Source of the DNA: Clostridiales bacterium
GTDB lineage: Bacteria > Bacillota > Clostridia > Oscillospirales > CAG-272
Direction of reading: 5' to 3'
NCBI GenBank assembly: GCA_012837425.1
Contig: DURE01000040.1
Coordinates: 15,099 to 79,098, forward strand
DNA: 64,000 nt
In this document: positions 1 to 8,696 of the stretch, one piece after another
Layout: each line of letters begins with the position of its first letter
Position numbering within the stretch: the first letter of the stretch is position 1
Notes under the pieces: model-generated
Told to the model about the DNA's origin: nothing
Seen by the model: only the letters and a program-made list of their open reading frames with translations
The model's database searches: none
Made by a program: the position numbers and the translations under genes

Positions 1-417
1 TTCTGTGACGGGGAGATGCTGGCACGGTTCCGGAAAATCCAGTACATCAAGGAATATCTGGAGCGGAAAACCGAGGAGATAGAGGCCTACAACAAGCAGC
101 ACGTGGTGGACGACACAAGTCTTGTCAACGGCCGGCACCTGACAAATATCGGAACCTTCCGCGCGTATGCCGAGGCATATCTGAAAAACCACCCGAAAAT
201 TCACAAGGGACTTATCCATATGGTACGGCAGCTTGCCCCCGGCGAGTTTGGCCTGCCTGTCGAGATTTACGCCTTTACCGCCACCACGGCCTGGGTGGAG
301 TACGAGGGTATACAGGCCGATATTTTCGACCACCTGCTTGCGGTGGTGCCCGAGTTCGACCTGCGCATATACCAGAGTCCGTCGGGACATGACCTGACCG
401 GTATAAAAACAAACTGA
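1..417 (+). CDS. Mechanosensitive ion channel (MscS/YbdG-like) family protein, C-terminal part; 5' end lies upstream of the window
   Basis: The frame is open from base 1 to TGA at 415-417. The tail GLPVEIYAFTATTAWVEYEGIQADIFDHLLAVVPEFDLRIYQSP resembles the conserved cytoplasmic C-terminal domain of small-conductance mechanosensitive channels (recalled similarity, not searched). Confidence 0.55.
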   Translation, partial: FCDGEMLARFRKIQYIKEYLERKTEEIEAYNKQHVVDDTSLVNGRHLTNIGTFRAYAEAYLKNHPKIHKGLIHMVRQLAPGEFGLPVEIYAFTATTAWVEYEGIQADIFDHLLAVVPEFDLRIYQSPSGHDLTGIKTN

Positions 418-453
418 CCATAAAAGGAACTGGCAAAGCCAAAAACTTGTAAT

Positions 454-1920
454 ATGAGAGAAACCAAACAAAAAGAACAAACGCAAAAAAACACAGCTCC
501 GGGTCTGGCCCCGATCATGCTGCGTTTTACCGAACTTGGCCCGGACAACATTGAGGAATACCGGAAACTGAGCCGGCACTGCCCCTATCTTCTGTCCTGT
601 TATTCCGCTGGGGTATTGTTCATGTGGAAAAGCTATTATAGCGCGGCATATGCCCTTTATTCGGGCTGCGTGATTATCAGGCTGACAATAAACAACAAAG
701 TGTGCTTTTTGTACCCCTTCGCCTACACAGACGGCGGCGATGTAAAAGAGGCGCTTGCCGCCATTGAGAAATACACCTCAAAAAACAGCATCCCCTACTC
801 ATTTTATGCGGTGCCTCGCGACGAGCTGCCGCGCCTTGCGCTGCGCTATACAAATATGTCTTTTTCGGTGAATCGGAACGAAAGCGAGTATATTTATGCC
901 GCCGGGGACATGAAAAGCTTTGCCGGCAGGAAATACTCGGGCCGGCGCAATCAGGTCAGAAGGTTTAAAAAACGATATCCCGATGCTGTTTTGCGTGAGT
1001 ATGATCAACCTGCCGACCACCGGAGGCTACAGCGCTTTTGGGAGAGGTTTGAGGACGGATTTAAAGCCGACGCACCGCTGGCGCTGGTTGAGCTGGAAAA
1101 ATCAAAGGAAGTATTTGCAAACCCTCATATTTACGGGGGACATTTTGCCTGCGTCGAGGAAGACGGGGAGATTGTCGCCCTCTGCTATGGCGAGATAGTT
1201 GGGGACATGCTGATAATACACATTGAAAAAGCGCTTGTCAGCTATGAGGGCGCATATCAGTTTATGTTCAGCGGCTTTGTAAACAAATATGGCGCGGGGT
1301 GCAGATATGTCAACCGCGAGGACGACGTCGGCAGCCCCGGCCTACGCAAATCCAAGCTGCAGTATCATCCGATAAAAATCGAGGAATATATCTCGGTTGA
1401 CGTGAACACCGAGCTGACAAGGCTAAGTGAGCCGCCAAAAATCGAAACCGAGCGGCTTGTGCTCGACCTGATAAGCGAGCGGGATGAAGAGGCCTACAAC
1501 CGGCTCTGTCTTGACGAGCAGCACAACAGGTATTGGGGCTACGATTACCGGGAGCAGGTTACCGGCACCCCGCCGCGCGACTATTTCTGGCGCGATGCCA
1601 TTGCTGATTATGAAAACAAGGTGAGCCTGACGCTGGCCATAAGGCGCGGGGGCGAGTTTATCGGCGAGGTGGTGATAAACGAATTTGACTATCGCGGCAG
1701 CGCAAACCTCGGTGTCCGCATTCTGCCTGAGTACACGGGCAGGGGCTACGGGCGCGAGGCGCTCTCGGCGGCGGCCGAATACGCCCTCTATAAAATAGGG
1801 CTTGACTCCGTCACAGCCTACTGCTACAAGGGAAACACAGCCTCATACCGCCTGCTGTCTTCCTGCATGAAGCTGGAGGGTGAGGATGAGAAGTTTTATT
1901 ATTTCCAAAGAAAGGCATAG
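454..1920 (+). CDS. Fusion protein: DUF2156 (MprF C-terminal/FemX-like) domain plus C-terminal RimJ/RimL-type GNAT N-acetyltransferase
   Basis: 488-aa ORF. The N-terminal ~300 aa (LFMWKSYY, NRNESEYIYAAGDMKSFAGRKYSGRRNQVRRFKKRYP) fit the DUF2156 pattern. The C-terminal ~165 aa (ETERLVLDLISERD...IGEVVINEFD...LGVRILPEYTGRGYGREAL) fit the GNAT pattern. The start is uncertain: ATG 454 or ATG 517, neither with a strong RBS. Confidence 0.6.
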   Translation: MRETKQKEQTQKNTAPGLAPIMLRFTELGPDNIEEYRKLSRHCPYLLSCYSAGVLFMWKSYYSAAYALYSGCVIIRLTINNKVCFLYPFAYTDGGDVKEALAAIEKYTSKNSIPYSFYAVPRDELPRLALRYTNMSFSVNRNESEYIYAAGDMKSFAGRKYSGRRNQVRRFKKRYPDAVLREYDQPADHRRLQRFWERFEDGFKADAPLALVELEKSKEVFANPHIYGGHFACVEEDGEIVALCYGEIVGDMLIIHIEKALVSYEGAYQFMFSGFVNKYGAGCRYVNREDDVGSPGLRKSKLQYHPIKIEEYISVDVNTELTRLSEPPKIETERLVLDLISERDEEAYNRLCLDEQHNRYWGYDYREQVTGTPPRDYFWRDAIADYENKVSLTLAIRRGGEFIGEVVINEFDYRGSANLGVRILPEYTGRGYGREALSAAAEYALYKIGLDSVTAYCYKGNTASYRLLSSCMKLEGEDEKFYYFQRKA

Positions 1921-2017
1921 GACAGCGGTGGCGCATTAGAAAAATATGCAAAACCCACAAGTGATGCCGTAATATTAGGGCAAATAACACAAAAAACAAA
2001 CAACCGGGTATAATCAC

Positions 2018-2046
2018 TTGACAAAGTATCCAAATGATTGTATCAT
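2018..2046 (+). promoter_or_regulatory. Sigma-A type promoter for the surface-protein gene
   Basis: TTGACA (2018-2023), 17-nt spacer, TATCAT (2041-2046). It lies inside the N-terminal extension of the tracked ORF, so that extension is not coding. Confidence 0.55.
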
Positions 2047-2071
2047 TAGAATATCATATAATTTGGGAGGA

Positions 2072-3151
2072 ATGATGAGCATGAAAAAAGCCGCATCAAT
2101 TGTTCTGCTCGCCACCATGATTATTACGGTGTTTGTCCTTACCATCCCCGTGACGGGTATCGCGGGTATGAACCCTGTTCCGACCGATATTACCGACCAG
2201 ATTAAGTGGTCTACGGTGTATGAAGTCTATTCAATGAAGCTCCCGGTTGTAAGGCTGGACGCGGTTTTTGTCCACGCTCAGGACTATGACATGGCGCTGG
2301 CGAAGGCAGCTCCGGGCAACGGCAACAGAACCGTGACATTTACCGACTGGAATCTTCCGTATTTCTTCGACGACCCCTTCAACCTCGGCGAAGGTGTTTT
2401 CTATTACGATAACGTAAAGTGGCAGAACCCGGCCAATAAGGAAGACGTCAACGACCACGGCACGCTTACATATGATATCGAGGTCAAAGAGGCTGGGACG
2501 TATGAATTTGTAGTGCTCGGGTGCGCTCAGATAACCGAGGCCAATCTTGATGTTGATGCCAAGGACCGCGGCTTCTGCTACAGCATCGACGGCGGACCGA
2601 TGTACCAGGTGAATATTTCGGATACGCTCGGGGTCTTCAGGGAGTATGCGTACACCTATTCAAGCGCCGAGCTCAAGGGAGGAGAACTCCAAACCACAAA
2701 CGGAGTGAATTCAACGTTTTACCAGCCGGTGTACTATTACAACATGTTCGCCGAGCTTACTGCCGGGAAGCATAAATTTGAGTTCCATGCACTGGCCTAC
2801 AGCGGCGACACCTTCACCCCGGCAAACTCCTCGCGTCTCAACTTTATGGGTTTCTATTACCAGAAGGCCATATCCGAGGTCGAATGGCTGGCCTACACAC
2901 ATCCGGAAGTGACAACTCCCGAAACTCCCGCAACCACAAAGTCGCCAGATACTACGAAATCACCTGATACCACAAAAACACCCGGAACCACAGAGGCGCC
3001 GGGCACCACAAAGGCTCCGGCCGAAACCACCACAGGGGCTGCGACCACTAAAGAGGAGACCGGAGGGGGCGGCTGCAAATCTGCCATAGGACCCGGAATG
3101 CTCGCCTTCATTCTTCCCGCCGCAGCAGTAATAAAAAAGAAAAAGCGTTGA
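2072..3151 (+). CDS. Secreted CBM-like surface protein with Thr/Pro-rich stalk and Cys-containing C-terminal anchor (GGGGC + TM helix + KKKKR)
   Basis: RBS GGGAGG at 2065-2070, followed by in-frame ATGs at 2072, 2075 and 2081. Sec signal MKKAASIVLLATMIITVFVLTIPVTGIAG. Beta-rich body with a CBM-like pattern (GTYEFVVLG..., AGKHKFEFHALAYSGD). TTK(S/T)P(D/G) repeats at 2909-3060. Tail ETGGGGCKSAIGPGMLAFILPAAAVIKKKKR. Confidence 0.7.
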   Translation: MMSMKKAASIVLLATMIITVFVLTIPVTGIAGMNPVPTDITDQIKWSTVYEVYSMKLPVVRLDAVFVHAQDYDMALAKAAPGNGNRTVTFTDWNLPYFFDDPFNLGEGVFYYDNVKWQNPANKEDVNDHGTLTYDIEVKEAGTYEFVVLGCAQITEANLDVDAKDRGFCYSIDGGPMYQVNISDTLGVFREYAYTYSSAELKGGELQTTNGVNSTFYQPVYYYNMFAELTAGKHKFEFHALAYSGDTFTPANSSRLNFMGFYYQKAISEVEWLAYTHPEVTTPETPATTKSPDTTKSPDTTKTPGTTEAPGTTKAPAETTTGAATTKEETGGGGCKSAIGPGMLAFILPAAAVIKKKKR

Positions 3152-3179
3152 ACCCCGGCATCCGTCCGGAGTAAAGAAT

Positions 3180-3224
3180 CAAACTATTATTGCCAGCGGC
3201 CTTGCCGTTGGCAATAATAGTTTG
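3180..3224 (+). terminator. Long hairpin downstream of the surface-protein gene (possible leaky terminator/attenuator)
   Basis: Inverted repeat with 16-nt arms, CAAACTATTATTGCCA ... TGGCAATAATAGTTTG. Only a weak T tract (TTTG) follows. A second small hairpin GGCCT-gccgc-AGGCC plus TGGTTTT lies at about 3277-3297. Confidence 0.45.
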
Positions 3225-3330
3225 TCAGCGCTTTCCAACAAGCCCCCGAGGCGGGAGCTTTCGGCTTTAGTCATCCGGCCTGCCGCAGGCCTGGTTTTCG
3301 GGCAGCAGTCGGCGCAAACTAACAAAAAGG

Positions 3331-4131
3331 ATGGTCAAAACAGTGTTTCCCGACGTTATGATATTGGGGCTTTCCCTGTATGAAATTTTTCTTGTCGCCG
3401 GCGTGATTTCGGCGCTTGTGGTGTTCCGCGTGTTGTCGGACAAAACCCGGCTTGACACCCGGCTCTTCAACTTCTGCCTTATTGCCGGGGTGGTGGCTAT
3501 AATCTCAGGATACGGCTTGTCGGTGATTTTTCAGGCCTACTACAATTATGCCGCGGGCGGCGTGTTCGAGATAACCGCTACTACCGGCACCACCTTTTAC
3601 GGAGGGCTTATCGGCGGTGCGGCGGTTTTCTTGCTAATATATTTTGTGATAGGACATTTCGTGTTCCGCGACATGCTTCATATCCGCGAATTTTATCACG
3701 TCTCAGGGATTGCCGCCTGCTGTATTGCCACCGCCCACTCGCTGGGGAGACTGGGCTGCCTTATGGCCGGCTGCTGTCACGGAATTGCCTCCGACGCCTG
3801 GGGGATATACATGGCCTATCCGGGGTACAAGGTGATACCTACCCAGCTTTATGAAGCGCTCTTTCTGGCCCTTATGTCGGTCTGGCTTATCACAAGGGTG
3901 CTGAGGGGCAAAAGCTGCAATTTCCCGCTCTATATGATAGCCTACGGCATCTGGCGATTCTTCATTGAGTATTTCAGGGGAGACGAGCGCGGGGCGACCT
4001 TTGTAAGTTTTCTTTCGCCCTCACAGCTCACGGCGATTATACTAATCCTCGGCGGCCTGGTTTTTTGGTATTTTGAAGGCCGACACGCCCCGAGGGTCGG
4101 CGGCACCCCGCAGGGCGACGGACAAAAATGA
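3331..4131 (+). CDS. lgt: Prolipoprotein diacylglyceryl transferase
   Basis: 266-aa polytopic membrane protein with Lgt hallmarks: YGGLIGG, HGIASDAWGI, IPTQLYEALF, YGIWRFFIEYFRGDERG. Confidence 0.85.
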   Translation: MVKTVFPDVMILGLSLYEIFLVAGVISALVVFRVLSDKTRLDTRLFNFCLIAGVVAIISGYGLSVIFQAYYNYAAGGVFEITATTGTTFYGGLIGGAAVFLLIYFVIGHFVFRDMLHIREFYHVSGIAACCIATAHSLGRLGCLMAGCCHGIASDAWGIYMAYPGYKVIPTQLYEALFLALMSVWLITRVLRGKSCNFPLYMIAYGIWRFFIEYFRGDERGATFVSFLSPSQLTAIILILGGLVFWYFEGRHAPRVGGTPQGDGQK

Positions 4132-4937
4132 TGAAACTCAAAAAAAACCGCGTTGAGCTTGCTGCGGTTATTGTCTGTGCGCTGGCCATGCTCTTTTTTG
4201 AGCTTGCCAAAATCAGCTTTTCGGATGACGAGACAATCTCGGGCATCATAAACATGGTAATAACCCGCGCCCTGGGCTCGGCAATGTTTGCCATACTGGT
4301 TTTCAGACTGGGTTACCGGGTGACAAACCCGCTGAGGGCCCCCCTCGGCAGGTCGTTGCTCTTCATTCTCCCCTGTCTTGTGGTCGTGGTCAACAACCTG
4401 CCGATAATTGCGCTCGTCTCGGGGAATGCCTACCTGGCTTATCCCCCGGCGGCAGTCGCGCTTTTTGCACTTGAATGCCTTTTTGTCGGCATGTTTGAGG
4501 AACTGGCCTTCAGGGGCGCCTTCTTTCTGATGATTCTTGAGAGCAGGCGGGAGACCAAAAAACAGATTTTTATCTCAACGGTTGTCTCGTCGGCGGTTTT
4601 CGGCGGGGTGCACCTGCTTAATTTGTTTGCAGGCACCGGACCGGGCGCGGTGATACTGCAGATTGGGTATTCGTTCCTTATCGGGGGCATGTGCGCCGTG
4701 GTGCTGCTCAAGACCAAGAATATATGGCTTTGTGTCCTGCTTCATGCCCTGTACAATTTCTGCGGAACACTTGTGCCGACGCTCGGGGACTTCAAATCCG
4801 GCGGCCAGTGGGATCCGGCGACAATTGCCATTACCGCCGTGCTGTCGGTAGTGGTTGCGGCATATATAATACTCTCGCTTATCAGGATAAACCCGGGGGA
4901 CATAGACGACATGTTCCCCGGGAAGGCAGAGAATTGA
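4128..4937 (+). CDS. CPBP family (CAAX-type, Rce1/Abi) intramembrane glutamic endopeptidase
   Basis: All three CPBP motifs are present: EELAFRG, FGGVH, HALYNF. The protein has multiple TM helices. Its ATG overlaps the lgt stop as ATGA (4128-4131). Confidence 0.85.
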   Translation: MMKLKKNRVELAAVIVCALAMLFFELAKISFSDDETISGIINMVITRALGSAMFAILVFRLGYRVTNPLRAPLGRSLLFILPCLVVVVNNLPIIALVSGNAYLAYPPAAVALFALECLFVGMFEELAFRGAFFLMILESRRETKKQIFISTVVSSAVFGGVHLLNLFAGTGPGAVILQIGYSFLIGGMCAVVLLKTKNIWLCVLLHALYNFCGTLVPTLGDFKSGGQWDPATIAITAVLSVVVAAYIILSLIRINPGDIDDMFPGKAEN

Positions 4938-4975
4938 TTGTCGGCTACAGCAGAACAGAAAGGAAAGGATGTATC

Positions 4976-5935
4976 ATGTACAGGATCGGAGTTGACCTCG
5001 GAGGAACCAAAATAGCCGTCGGACTAGTCGATGAAGGCTACCGAATAGTGACAAAGGCCACCCTGCCGACCGGCGCCGAGCGGCCCGGCGAGGCGATTGT
5101 CGACGATATTGCCCGGCTCTGCAAAAAAGTATGTGCCGACGCCGGTGTGCCGGCAGGCCTGATAGAGTCGGTCGGAATTGCGTCGCCCGGCATTGCAAAT
5201 AATGCCGCCGGCCGGGTGGAGTATGCCAACAACCTGCCCTTTCGCCGCTTTCCCATTGCCCGGTTGCTGCGCGAGCGCTTAGGGGTGGAGGGGGTCTATG
5301 TTGAGAACGACGCCAACGCCGCCGCCTGGGGAGAGGCGGTTGCCGGGGCGGCCAGGGGAACCCGCAACTCGGTGATGATTACGCTGGGGACCGGTGTGGG
5401 CGGCGGTATTATAATAGACAACAGGATTTTTACCGGCTCAAACTGCGCCGGGGCCGAACTGGGGCATATTGTTATTGTCTATGACGGATACCCCTGCACT
5501 TGCGGGCGTCGGGGCTGCTGGGAGTCCTACAGCTCGGCTACCGCACTTATCAGAATGACCCGCGAGGCTATTGCCGGGTGTGAGGCGGCCGGGCGGAAAA
5601 CGCTCATGAGCGAGCTTGCCGAAAAAAACAGCAGGGTCGACGGGCGCACGGCCTTTGACGCCGCCCGGCAGGGAGACGAGCCGGCTCGCGAGGTGTACGA
5701 CAAATATATCAGCTATCTGGCCTGCGGCATTACCAGCATAGTGAACATATTCCAGCCCGAGGTTATCTCGCTGGGCGGCGGCATCTCAAACGAAGGACAA
5801 CCGCTGGTCGATGCGCTGCTGCCGCTGGTTCGGGCTGAGCAATACGGCGGCGACATCGTCACACATACCGAAATACGCATAGCACAGCTTGGCAACGACG
5901 CCGGTATAATCGGGGCTGCGGCGCTGGGGGTATAA
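4976..5935 (+). CDS. glcK: ROK family glucokinase
   Basis: MYRIGVDLGGTKIAVGLVD N-terminus, ENDANAAAWGE, and the ROK zinc motif CTCGRRGCWESY. RBS AGGAAAGGA lies upstream of ATG 4976. The tracked ORF start at 4691 is an upstream extension overlapping the CPBP gene. Confidence 0.8.
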   Translation: MYRIGVDLGGTKIAVGLVDEGYRIVTKATLPTGAERPGEAIVDDIARLCKKVCADAGVPAGLIESVGIASPGIANNAAGRVEYANNLPFRRFPIARLLRERLGVEGVYVENDANAAAWGEAVAGAARGTRNSVMITLGTGVGGGIIIDNRIFTGSNCAGAELGHIVIVYDGYPCTCGRRGCWESYSSATALIRMTREAIAGCEAAGRKTLMSELAEKNSRVDGRTAFDAARQGDEPAREVYDKYISYLACGITSIVNIFQPEVISLGGGISNEGQPLVDALLPLVRAEQYGGDIVTHTEIRIAQLGNDAGIIGAAALGV

Positions 5936-5951
5936 ACATGCTAAAATGAGC

Positions 5952-5986
5952 AAAATGCGGAATCTGTGTTCCGCATTTTGTGTTTT
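5952..5986 (+). terminator. Rho-independent terminator after glucokinase
   Basis: Stem AAAATGCGGAA / TTCCGCATTTT with a 6-nt loop, followed by GTGTTTT. Confidence 0.65.
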
Positions 5987-6080
5987 ACGCCATGCAGCGG
6001 CAGTTAAGCCGGACAAAGCTGCAGATTGGAGCGAAACAAGCCGGTTTGTGTGATGTTGTCTATAAAATTAGCATATACTA

Positions 6081-6109
6081 TTGCAAAACAGACCGAAATG
6101 GTATACAAT
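6081..6109 (+). promoter_or_regulatory. Sigma-A type promoter for nifS-nifU
   Basis: TTGCAA (6081-6086), 17 nt, TACAAT (6104-6109). This supports ATG 6174 as the true nifS start. Confidence 0.5.
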
Positions 6110-6173
6110 ATTACGCATGTACAACATGATTCTGCAAAAAAAATATTGCCGCATGCCGCGCCACGGAGATAAT

Positions 6174-7376
6174 ATGCAGGACAACAACAAAAAAAGGATA
6201 TATGCCGATAATGCCGCCACAATGCCGGTGCTGCCCGAGGTTGTCGAGGCCATGCTACCGGTGTTTTATGATAATTGGGGGAACCCGTCAAGCCTGCACG
6301 AGGAGGGTCAACGCGCCGGCAGGGCGCTTGAAGCCGCCCGCACGACGGCGGCGGGGGTGCTCGGATGCCGTCCGGAGGAGCTTTATTTTACCTCCTGCGG
6401 TACCGAGTCGGACAACTGGGCAATAAAGGGTGCGGCATATGCCGCAAGAAATAAAAAGAATAAAATAATCACCAGTAAAATTGAGCATCATGCGGTGCTG
6501 AGCACCTGCGAGGCGCTTGAGAAAGACGGCTTTGAGGTCAAATACATCGGTGTCGACAAGGGCGGGCTGATTGACCTTGACGAGCTGCGCCAACAGGTCG
6601 ACGACAAAACCGCGCTTGTGGCTGTAATTATGGCAAACAACGAAATAGGAACCATTCAGCCGATTTCCGAGGTTGCCGAAATTGCTCATGGCGCCGGGGC
6701 GCTCTGTTTTACCGACGCGGTTCAGGCGGTCGGGAGCATACCGGTTGACCTCTCAAAACTGGGAGTCGATATGCTCTCGCTCTCGGGGCACAAGTTCGGA
6801 GCGCCCAAGGGTATCGGCGCACTTTATATCAAAAAGGGAGTCAGGATAAGGAATCTGCTGGAGGGCGGCGGGCATGAGAGAGGGCGGCGCAGCGGCACCG
6901 AAAACCTGCCCTATATCGTCGGACTTGCCCGCGCGCTTGAGATAGCCCGGGAACGAATGGGCGACATGAAGCGGGTTGCCGCCCTGCGCGACAGGCTTAT
7001 TGAGGGGCTGCTCGCCATACCGCACTCCTGCCTTAACGGCCATCCGACAGAGAGGCTGCCCGGAAACGTCAATGTTTCCTTTGAGTATGTCGAGGGCGAG
7101 GGCATGGTGCTCTGGCTCGACAAAATGGGCATCTCGGCCTCCACCGGTTCGGCCTGCTCGTCAAAATCGCTCGACCCGTCGCACGTGCTGCTCGCCATAG
7201 GGCTTCCGGTGGAGCTGGCCCACGGCTCGCTGAGGTTTTCGCTCTCACACGCAAACACCGAGGAGGATATAGAATACATCATCGCCGCAACCCGCGAGGT
7301 GGTGGAAAAGCTCAGGAAAATGAGCCCTATATATCCGGGGTATGAGGCAATACCCCCGATTCCTACAGAAAGGTAA
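6174..7376 (+). CDS. nifS: Cysteine desulfurase NifS (class V aminotransferase)
   Basis: IYADNAATMP, PLP-lysine motif SGHKFGAPKGIGALY, active-site loop STGSACSS. RBS GGAG precedes ATG 6174. Confidence 0.85.
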   Translation: MQDNNKKRIYADNAATMPVLPEVVEAMLPVFYDNWGNPSSLHEEGQRAGRALEAARTTAAGVLGCRPEELYFTSCGTESDNWAIKGAAYAARNKKNKIITSKIEHHAVLSTCEALEKDGFEVKYIGVDKGGLIDLDELRQQVDDKTALVAVIMANNEIGTIQPISEVAEIAHGAGALCFTDAVQAVGSIPVDLSKLGVDMLSLSGHKFGAPKGIGALYIKKGVRIRNLLEGGGHERGRRSGTENLPYIVGLARALEIARERMGDMKRVAALRDRLIEGLLAIPHSCLNGHPTERLPGNVNVSFEYVEGEGMVLWLDKMGISASTGSACSSKSLDPSHVLLAIGLPVELAHGSLRFSLSHANTEEDIEYIIAATREVVEKLRKMSPIYPGYEAIPPIPTER

Positions 7377-7386
7377 GGACAGGACA

Positions 7387-7827
7387 ATGGTTTACAGTGA
7401 AAAAGTAATGGACCACTTTATGAACCCGCGCAATGTCGGCGAGATACCCGACGCAGACGGTGTCGGCATGGTAGGAAACGCAAAGTGCGGCGATATAATG
7501 CAGATGTTCATAAAAGTCAGTGACAAGGGGATTATTGAGGATGTCAAATTCAAGACCTTCGGCTGCGGCGCGGCCATAGCTACCTCGTCGATGGCGACAG
7601 AGCTGGTTAAGGGCAAAACCATTGAGGAGGCGCTCAAGCTTACAAACGCTGCGGTGGTTGAGGCACTTGAGGGGCTGCCTCCGGTGAAAATCCACTGCTC
7701 GGTGCTGGCCGAGGAGGCAATAAAGGCGGCGATTACCGACTACTACAAGCGCCGGGGTATAGAAATGAATTTTGCACCCTCAGAACATAGCTGCTGTGAA
7801 CGCGATTGCGAACGCAGGAAAAATTAG
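7387..7827 (+). CDS. nifU: Fe-S cluster assembly scaffold protein NifU/IscU-like
   Basis: MVYSEKVMDHFMNPRNVG, GNAKCGDIM, FKTFGCGAAIA and IHCS conserved Cys motifs. RBS AAGGACAGGA. The gene lies immediately after nifS. Confidence 0.85.
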   Translation: MVYSEKVMDHFMNPRNVGEIPDADGVGMVGNAKCGDIMQMFIKVSDKGIIEDVKFKTFGCGAAIATSSMATELVKGKTIEEALKLTNAAVVEALEGLPPVKIHCSVLAEEAIKAAITDYYKRRGIEMNFAPSEHSCCERDCERRKN

Positions 7828-7835
7828 TAAAACTA

Positions 7836-7861
7836 CCCGGGCGGCCTGACCGCCCGGTTTG
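7836..7861 (+). terminator. Terminator after nifU
   Basis: CCGGGCGG-cctga-CCGCCCGG hairpin followed by TTTG. Confidence 0.5.
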
Positions 7862-8285
7862 CTGTGATGTGCGGCAAAAGGCTGAAGGAGGGCAGACAAG
7901 GCTCAAATCAGGGAAAACAAACCTAATTGAAATAACAACACATATGTAGAAAATCAGCCCTTAAATTTGTACAACATATACAAAATAACACAAAAAAACA
8001 TGGTTGCGAGCGCAATTATTAAAAATCCTCTTGGGTAATTGTTTATTACCCCGCAATCACCCTTGAAAACACAGGGATAATTGTGTAAAAAATCGGCCGG
8101 AATCAGCTCTTGACAGGTCGAAAACGAAACAACAATAGTAACTTATTATTACCCAACAAAGGCGCCGGATAAACATATGTCAATATTGCACTAAAAAAAT
8201 AGCTCAAATATCCGGATGGAAAAACCGGCCACCGAACTATGCTTTACCCCCGGGAATATATAATAAATATAAGATAAAACGACGC

Positions 8286-8314
8286 TTGACAAAAAAAAAA
8301 CGGTGTGGTATCAT
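8286..8314 (+). promoter_or_regulatory. Sigma-A type promoter for the large ABC/Yip1 locus, leaving a ~375-nt leader
   Basis: TTGACA (8286-8291), 17 nt, TATCAT (8309-8314). The first gene starts at 8697. Confidence 0.5.
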
Positions 8315-8696
8315 TACTTTGTGAATTCAGGACGATAGTGTATGGTTGCGCCGCTGCGCGGGCAAATTGTGCCGGTTTGATGTGAAATATCGCTTTTGCA
8401 CGACTTTGGCACCCAAATCCGATAGTCATTTTACACAAACAAATACAGACAGAATTGTATTGTGGTAAATGAATAAAACGACCGGTACACTCAAGCCAGG
8501 TCTTGCCGGGAAACCATTATGCTTGGCGACAGAATCATTGACATTCACCGGCCAAAGGCCAACGCTGCGGCACAGGACTGCGGCTTGCCGGCTGATGGCT
8601 GTTGATTTTTGATTGCCGGTTACAGCCGGAACTCAAGCCTCTGGTGCGGCACGGTAGAGCGCATCTCAAAATCATGGCAGGAGGAAGAACCCCATT

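Noticed and set aside
4691-4975. N-terminal extensions of tracked ORFs (glcK from 4691, nifS from 6081, nifU from 7342, rqcH from 31638, moxR from 38421, DUF58 from 39505, rny from 45291, EIIC from 47212, surface protein from 2018)
   Set aside because: In each case a downstream ATG preceded by a good RBS coincides with the conserved family N-terminus. The extension overlaps an upstream gene, a promoter or an intergenic repeat.
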